Assembly (NCBI GenBank): GCA_951406725.2
Contig: OX597835.1
Span: 8,804,001-8,868,000, forward strand
Direction of reading: 5' to 3'
Source of the DNA: Octopus vulgaris
Lineage: Eukaryota
DNA: 64,000 nt
Shown in pieces: positions 56,742 to 64,000 of the stretch. The notes beneath the pieces are model-generated. The model saw only the letters and a program-made list of their open reading frames with translations, ran no database searches and was not told where the DNA came from. Numbering within the stretch: position 1 is the stretch's first letter; every line of letters begins with the position of its first letter. The translations under genes and the position numbers were made by a program.

Positions 56742-56906
56742 TACAGTGGCTAGATATAAAATACTGGGTCATCCAATAAATAATGCAAATGCGCAAATGT
56801 GATTATAATATCAGCATTTAAACTTATATGAAATATATACGCAGTATAGATATTTTCAAGTGCGCGTACGAAACATTTATATAGAGCATTCTTACAAAAG
56901 TAATAA

Positions 56907-58946
56907 GACGTCAAGCTGGCAGAACCGTTAGCACGCCGGGCGAAATGCTTAGCGGTATTTCGTCTACCGTTACGTTCTGAGTTCAAATTCCGCCGAGGTC
57001 GACTATGCTTTTCATCCTTTCGGGGTCGATAAATTAATTACCAGTTACGCACCGGGGTCGATATAATCGACTTAATCCGTTTGTCTGTCCTTGTTTGTCC
57101 CCTCTGTGTTTAGCCCCTTGTGGGCAGTAAAGAAATAGGTATTTCGTCTGCCGTTACGTTCTGAGTTCAAATTCCGCCGAGGTCGACTTTGCTTTTCATC
57201 CTTTCGGGGTCGATAAATTAATTACCAGTTACGCACCGGGGTCGATATAATCGACTTAATCCCTTTGTCTGTCCTTGTTTGTCCCCTCTGTGTTTAGCCC
57301 CTTGTGGGCAGTAAAGAAATAGGTATTTCGTCTGCCGTTACGTTCTGAGTTCAAATTCCGCCGAGGTCGACTTTGCTTTTCATCCTTTCGGGGTCTATAA
57401 ATTAATTACCAGTTACGAACTGGGGTCGATATAATCGACTTAATCCGTTTGTCTGTCCTTGTTTGTCCCCTCTGTGTTTAGTCCCTTGTGGGTAATAAAG
57501 AAATAGGTATTTCGTCTGCCGTTACGTTCTGAGTTCAAATTCCGCCGAGGTCGACTTTGCTTTTCATCCTTTCGGGGTCGATAAATTAATTACCAGTTAC
57601 GAACTGGGGTCGATATAATCGACTTAATCCGTTTGTCTGTCCTTGTTTGTTCCCTCTGTGTTTAGCCCCTTGTGGGCAGTAAAGAAATAGGTATTTCGTC
57701 TGCCGTTACGTTCTGAGTTCAAATTCCGCCGAGGTAGACTTTGCCTTTCATCCTTTCGGGGTCGATAAATTAAGTACCAGTTACGCACTGGGGTCGATGT
57801 AATCGACTTAATCCCTTTGTCTGTCCTTGTTTGTCCCCTCTGTGCTTAACCCCTTGTGGGCAGTAAAGAAATAGGTATTTCGTCTGCCGTTACGTTCAGA
57901 GTTCAAATTCCGCCGAGGTCGACTTTGCTTTTCATCCTTTCGGGGTCTATAAATTAATTACCAGTTACGAACTGGGGTCGATATAATCGACTTAATCCGT
58001 TTGTCTGTCCTTGTTTGTTCCCTCTGTGTTTAGCCCCTTGTGGGCAGTAAAGAAATAGATATTTCGTCTGCCGTTACGTTCTGAGTTGTAATTCCGCCGA
58101 GGTCGACTTTGCTTTTCATCCTTTCGGGGTCGATAAATTAATTACCAGTTACGAACTGGGGTCGATATAATCGACTTAATCCCTTTGTCTGTCCTTGTTT
58201 GTCCCCTCTGTGTTTAGCCCCTTGTGGGCAGTAAAGAAATAGGTATTTCGTCTGCCGTTACGTTCTGAGTTCAAATTCCGCCGAGGTCGACTTTGCTTTT
58301 CATCCTTTCGGGGTCTATAAATTAATTACCAATTACGCACCGGGGTCGATATAATCGACTTAATCTGTTTGTCTGTCCTTGTTTGTCCCCTCTGTGTTTA
58401 GCCCCTTGTGGGCAGTAAAGAAATAGGTATTTCGTCTGCCGTTACGTTCTGAGTTCAAATTCCGCCGAGGACGACGTTGCTTTTCATCCTTTCGGGGTCG
58501 ATAAATTAATTACCAGTTACGCACCGGGGTCGATATAATCGACTTAATCCGTTTGTCTGTCCTTGTTTGTCCCCTCTGTGTTTAGCCCCTTGTGGGCAGT
58601 AAAGAAATAGGTATTTCGTCTGCCGTTACGTTCTGAGTTCAAATTCCGCCGAGGACGACGTTGCTTTTCATCCTTTCGGGGTCGATAAATTAATTACCAG
58701 TTACGCACCGGGGTCGATATAATCGGCTTAATCCGTTTGTCTGTCCTTGTTTGTCCCTTCTATGTTTAGTCCCTTGTGGGTAGTAAAGAAATAGGCATTT
58801 TTGTCTGTCTTTATGTTCTGAGTTCAAATTCCATCATGGTTGTCTTTGCTTTTTTATCCTTTTGGTGTCGATAAACTAAGCAACAGTCGATCGTATTGTC
58901 TGGCCCCCTCTCCCAAAATTTGGACCCTGTACCTAGAGTAGAAAAG
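56907..58946 (+). repeat. SINE-B-derived tandem array: one head, 10 x 184-bp units, one diverged terminal unit
   Basis: unit starts at 56954, 57138, 57322, 57506, 57690, 57874, 58058, 58242, 58426, 58610; diverged unit from 58794; flanked by ATTCTTA(C/T)AAAAG. Confidence 0.95.
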
Positions 58947-59821
58947 ATTCTTATAAAAGCTGAATCCATCTACTTATAGAAGTATAGAATTATAGAACTG
59001 CAGAATATTTTGCTCGATCGGATGGCTTAAGTTTGCAGTTAAACATTGTACCAAGTTGTATTCGATCATGCTGATTATTAGATTTCAATAGATTTGTGTT
59101 ATTATTTACATTGTTGATTCTAGGTGGTGTACGAATGTATGTTTGTGTGCGTGTGTGTATGTGTGTTTGTATAAAGCCACAAACGTGTTTGCTCTTATAC
59201 GCAGTCATATCTACACTTGCATATTAACACAAATACATATTTATACCATTATGTACTTACATATATATGTGCTACGTAACTTATTTCGTTTTCCCCTTTT
59301 TGGTACGAGAATGAAAATAGAATTTCTCTTGACATATTTTGATGCGCGGAACACGAATCAGTTATGCATATATTAGGCACGAATGAATTATGCACGAATC
59401 AATAATGCAGGTAGGAGTCGAAATGTTATTTCAGTGACTAAATAATTCAGACGCACACTGAAAATGGAGGACTTTAACTAATTCAGTTCAATATCGATGT
59501 ACGGAATATAACGGCCATGTAAGAGTTAATTGTATGTAATTATATATTGTGAATAAATAATGTTATTGAATACTTAATACTTGTCCCATCATTAATTCAT
59601 TGTGATGCATTAGCCAGTCTTGTATTCGATGGGAAAGATTATTTGTTGCTGATCAGTACAATACAACATTGAAAAATGTCTGAATTTATCTCCTGAGTTA
59701 AGCAGACATATAATGTGAATAGAATGTTATTTGTATGAGAATATCAATTCCTATCAACTGAATTTTATTCTTTTAGATAATACATTTAATGGTCTTTTTA
59801 TTAATCAAATGCACAGCAATG

Positions 59822-59941
59822 GCTTACGGCCATATCACGTTGAAAGCACCGGTTCTCGTCTGATCACCGAAGTTAAGCAGCATCGAGCCTAGTTAGTACT
59901 TAGATGGGTGACCGCTTGGGAAACCTAGGTGCTGTAAGCAT
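59822..59941 (+). rRNA. full-length 5S rRNA sequence, probably the head of a retroposon rather than a gene
   Basis: GCTTACGGCCATATCAC..GATCACCGAAGTTAAGC..TTAGTACTTAGATGGGTGACCGCTTGGGAA..GTGCTGTAAGC; terminal stem GCTTACGGC/GCTGTAAGC; boxes A and C present; solitary, no T4 terminator directly after. Confidence 0.85.
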
Positions 59942-60011
59942 TCCATTCCCCTTTAAATGGCGGTGCCCCAGCATGGCCACAGCTCATGAGCTGAAACTAG
60001 AATCAATCAAT
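59822..60011 (+). mobile_element. 5S rRNA-derived SINE (SINE3-like)
   Basis: 5S followed by GGCGGTGCCCCAGCATGGCCACAGCTCATGAGCTGAAAC, homologous to the SINE-A tail, then (AATC)n. Confidence 0.7.
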
Positions 60012-60355
60012 GCCCTTGTATGCTTGCATACCTCTGTCATTCAAACAAAATAATTCTTAGAAAGAACGTCATATGACTGGTTCGTTGCCAGTCATCTTCA
60101 TATCGAATTCTGTGCACCAGGAAAGTATACGAGAGGAGCAAGACGTATAAGCTCAGTGACTACCATATCAATAAAACAAATATAAATCTTGTTGCATACG
60201 TAATGTTGTGAATAATATGCGAAAGATGTGGGAATCGCTACATCGGTAACACATTCCGGAAACTTCACATCAGGCTTATTCGAGTAAGAAATCATACAAT
60301 GATTGCTGTTGCCGTGGAGTAGGTATATCCTTTCAATATACATGCCTATTTCGAA

Positions 60356-60587
60356 GGCGGTGGGCTGGCAGAAACGTTAGCACGCCGGGCGAAATGCTTA
60401 GCAGTATTACGTCTGCGTTACGTTGTGAGTTCAAATTCCGCCGAGGTCGACTTTGCCTTTCATCCTTTCGGGGTCGATAAATTAAGTACCAGCTACGCAC
60501 TGGGGTTGATGTAATCGACTTAATACCTATGTATGTCCTTGTTTGTCCCCTCTGTGTTTAGCCCCTTGTGGGTAATAAAGAAATAGG
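60356..60587 (+). mobile_element. SINE family B, full-length monomer
   Basis: head GGCGGTGGGCTGGCAGAAACG, B box GAGTTCAAATTCC; TSD GTATATCCTTTCAA at 60323-60336/60589-60602. Confidence 0.92.
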
Positions 60588-61789
60588 TGTATATCCTTTC
60601 AACTGAGATAATGGCAGGTTCAGAATGTAGACTATTCTTATTAATCAAGAGAAATTGGAAATGAAGACGGGACCGAACTGAATACCACAGATCTGCATTT
60701 CTAACTTCTTCGATTTACTTATCATTCAGCTCTTAACATTCCTATTTATTTCTCACAAAGATTTACCACACAGCTACTACATATTTTTACGAAATATCAT
60801 ATCTGTTGACGAATATTATTTTAAAATTCTACTATTGTTCAGCGACACTTCTAGTCACCTCTTTCGCAACAGTATTAAGGTATCATGTCACGTTGTGTAA
60901 TAATTCTCCTGTTTACATACCGTACTACCTGCTGCTTCTGATAGCATCTAACGCAACCAATTACAATTCCTAAAATGGAAATATAAGCAATGATGTAGTC
61001 ACAGCACACCAGAATGATCTGCCGATAAAATTTCTGATTTTTCTGTCTCCAATTACAAATAAGGGAATATTTTTCTAGATGTTTATAGTCATTTCACTCA
61101 TTGACATTAATTTTCGCATGTTTAATAAAACTTAACGTGTATTGCACAAAGATCGTTGCAAATATTTGTCATAAAAAAAAATCAACGCTTCAACGAATTT
61201 ATAATATACTTCTAAATATTCATATATTGTAGAAATACCTATAAAACAATTTCTTAACATTCAATAGCACTTTGCATAATCAGAATGTAAGAAAGTTCAT
61301 TACATTGCTCTCAATGCCACCGTTATAGTAAATGAATTATGGAAGTATTATGAATGTGTCACAAATGCCCCGTCGGCGAGCTGCCAACGTTTGCTAATTT
61401 TAAATATATGCTGTTTAACCTTTATCATATAAATGTGTTTCTAAATTTAATATCAATTGATTAATATGAATTTAAATCCAGAGGTCTTGCATATTTAAAA
61501 ATCTGAAGTTTCAAAAAATATATATATTACATACATATAAAAAGGATGACCTGTAAGTGGTCATCCATTATGCTAGAAGAAGATCCGCTATGGATCTTTA
61601 CCCAGTACATTTATATATGTATATTGTACACAGTATAAAGATGTGATCTACTAGACACGGCTCTCCAAAAGTGAACATTTACTGATATCCATCTCTCACT
61701 GGATGGAGTATTTCTTTTCTCTATCTTACCTTGAAGGAACAGTAAACAACGAATACATATATATGTGTGTGTGTGTATGTGTGTACTGG

Positions 61790-61980
61790 GGCGGAAATAT
61801 AAAAAGAAAACAAAAGACGAAGACAGGTCGTGTAGACAACAAACAGATGTATTAGAATAACGCTCTGGAAGTGAAAAAGTCTTTAACATTCCGAGTCTAC
61901 GCTCTTCCACAGAAAGGAACACAGAAAGAAGCAGGGCGAGAAAATGAAGAACGTGTAGTGTCTAGCGATCTATCATGGCG
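61790..61980 (-). mobile_element. short HHR-like repeat (CTGTGGA core variant)
   Basis: minus strand CTTT-CTGTGGA-A-GAGC-GTAG-ACTC-GGAATG-TT-AAAG; layout parallels the 11810-12010 repeat. Confidence 0.55.
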
Positions 61981-62053
61981 AATGTTATATATATATATAT
62001 ATGTAAATGTATGTATGTATGTATATGTGTGTGTTTGCGTGCACATGCGTGTT

Positions 62054-62099
<46 letters not shown>

Positions 62100-62442
62100 T
62101 TTCAATTAGAAAGTGAGAGATGGAGCAATGGCAATATGAAAAACAAAATTAAAACGTATTCGAAGTATAAACAATGAAATTAATCGTGCTGTTTTGAACT
62201 CAATATTTCATTCTGATTACGTATCCATGCTTAATGAAATTTTTTAATGACAGCAGTTATATATTCGTTTGTCGGGGCCAGTATATTAACAATAATAGTA
62301 GTAATGATGTGAAAAATATCGTTAACGACGATGGTAAAGCCGAATCAAAAATAAAACGCAAATATAATTCGATGTGTATAAATAAATATAACTCGGGTAT
62401 ATGGCTGTGTATACACGCACACACACACATACACACATACAA

Positions 62443-62473
<31 letters not shown>

Positions 62474-63319
62474 CGTACAAACAAAATATAATATTGGAGA
62501 TAAATTTGGAATTAATATATTTGTTTAGATCATAACTATTACACCCAAAAACTCGTCTAGACATATTCGATTAACATTTAGTCATAATTGATGTGAGGTT
62601 CTTTGTAACAAACTCTGTTAGGCTATGATACGGAATATCATAAATAGCAGAAGGATATATTGAGTGAAAATTTTATAATAATTCTTACAGTACTACTGCT
62701 TCTGGGATATATGTTCAGTCACGGTGGAGATATATCATTTACGGTGCTGTAACTGAACATAAATACTGCTTATTGGGCTATCAGATCAGCAGGCGTAGCC
62801 CTATTGATAGCATCTACTCAAAGCGTTAACCACAAAAATTTGGTGGGCAGATGTCTTTTTTTTAATGGTTCGGCTGGCTTAGTGTTGGTTCAAGAATTTG
62901 GTTGTCTGAAGCTGTTGGCTTCTAACCGATCAAAGTAACCGGCCAGTTTTCAATCTCCCATCAGAGAGCTCTCTATTCAGAACTTAGATGGTTATCAGTA
63001 TGTATTGAAAGTTTTAAGATTATTTGAAAAGATTTATATCCCAAAATTATTCCAATAATCGAAGGATTTGAGTTAGTGAATTTTTCCCTCATTTAACTAA
63101 GGTAACCTAATGTAAATAAACGACTACTGGTTTGATAGTACTGCACATTTCCGGAGCTGTTAGCTTGCTTTAGAACCACTTTGATACCGGTAATACAGAG
63201 GGAGACAGCTTCCAAGTTTGAAGTAGTAGTTTTCCACTATGATATACCTCCAAATATTAACTTCGCGTAAATCAAAATAATTTAAATATTTATTCATTGC
63301 CACCATCATAAATATTATC

Positions 63320-63748
63320 AATATTATCATTGCTTTTGCACAAGTTCTAGCGCTTGGAGATGTAGTACAGTGTCAGCTGTTCACTACCAGTGAACTAGGG
63401 TAACGCCTCTTATTTTTCGAGCACCTTCTGGAGTATTCGAGCGGTTCCAAGCAGTACTGTTTTCTGTAAGTACTCCACCCTTATTGCAGGCCCTATTTGT
63501 ACCAAGTATCTCTCGAGATTTTTGCTCACTGTTGCCAGGGCTCCAACAATTATTGGTACTACTACTACCTTTTCATCGACCACAACTGCTTAATTTCCCA
63601 AGCTAACCTATCATAACTTTTTTTTATTCCTTATCGCATACCTTGCTGTTAGCTGGGCATGTTATATCTATGATCCAGCATAGTTTGTTTTCTTTCTCAA
63701 TGAAGACTATGTATGGCTTTTTATTCTCTATCTGATTGTCGCACTGGA
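63320..63748 (-). mobile_element. R4/Dong-like LINE 3' end (restriction-like endonuclease domain)
   Basis: QCDNQIENKKPYIVFIEKENKLCWIIDITCP..RLAWEIKQLWS..VVVVPIIVGALATVSK..LQKTVLLGTARILQKVLEK*. Confidence 0.82.
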
Positions 63749-64000
63749 GATAATGGCAGACTCTAAAATCTCGATGGCCCTAGAATACAAATAAAAACTG
63801 TGTAATACACTAGAAATATATTCTATAAATAATTGCAATTCAAAGGAACGGCGTCATATTGCATTCGTAGAAAGGCAGGCGTACTCTTTATATCTGGTCA
63901 TTTATCGGGAACCATTTCTAGCATTTTGACAGAAATAATAGCATAAAAAATCAATGGTAACGAACAGGGCAATTTTAGAGAGTAGATCAGTCAACAACTG

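Noticed and set aside
56954-58793. CRISPR array
   Set aside because: Units are near-identical along their whole 184 bp with no unique spacers, match a dispersed SINE, and no cas genes are present.
59822-59941. Functional 5S rRNA gene locus
   Set aside because: Solitary, no T4 terminator directly after it, and fused to a retroposon tail; transcription is not excluded.

Overview
AT-rich eukaryotic genomic DNA, intronic or intergenic in character, dominated by microsatellites and transposable elements. The 5S rRNA-like sequence and the tRNA-derived SINE families look like those of an octopus (coleoid cephalopod); this is pattern recognition, not a database result. No host protein-coding exon could be supported, and nearly all listed ORFs are microsatellite or SINE artefacts. 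Recognisable content: three tRNA-derived SINE families (here A, B, C); a full-length 5S rRNA copy fused to the SINE-A 3' tail (SINE3-like); a 10x184-bp array of headless SINE-B units inside one target-site duplication; two non-autonomous Helitrons; mariner/Tc1 relics; RTE, CR1-like and R4/Dong-like LINE fragments; two Penelope-like element (PLE) ORF remnants; and several short families carrying type I hammerhead ribozyme (HHR) motifs. The most striking signals are (i) fold-back palindromes and other breakpoints that repeatedly fall at the 5' edge of the HHR core, (ii) a PLE terminal repeat combining a tRNA-like Pol III promoter with an HHR, (iii) the SINE-B array, which looks like iterative self-targeted insertion, and (iv) the 5S-headed SINE.
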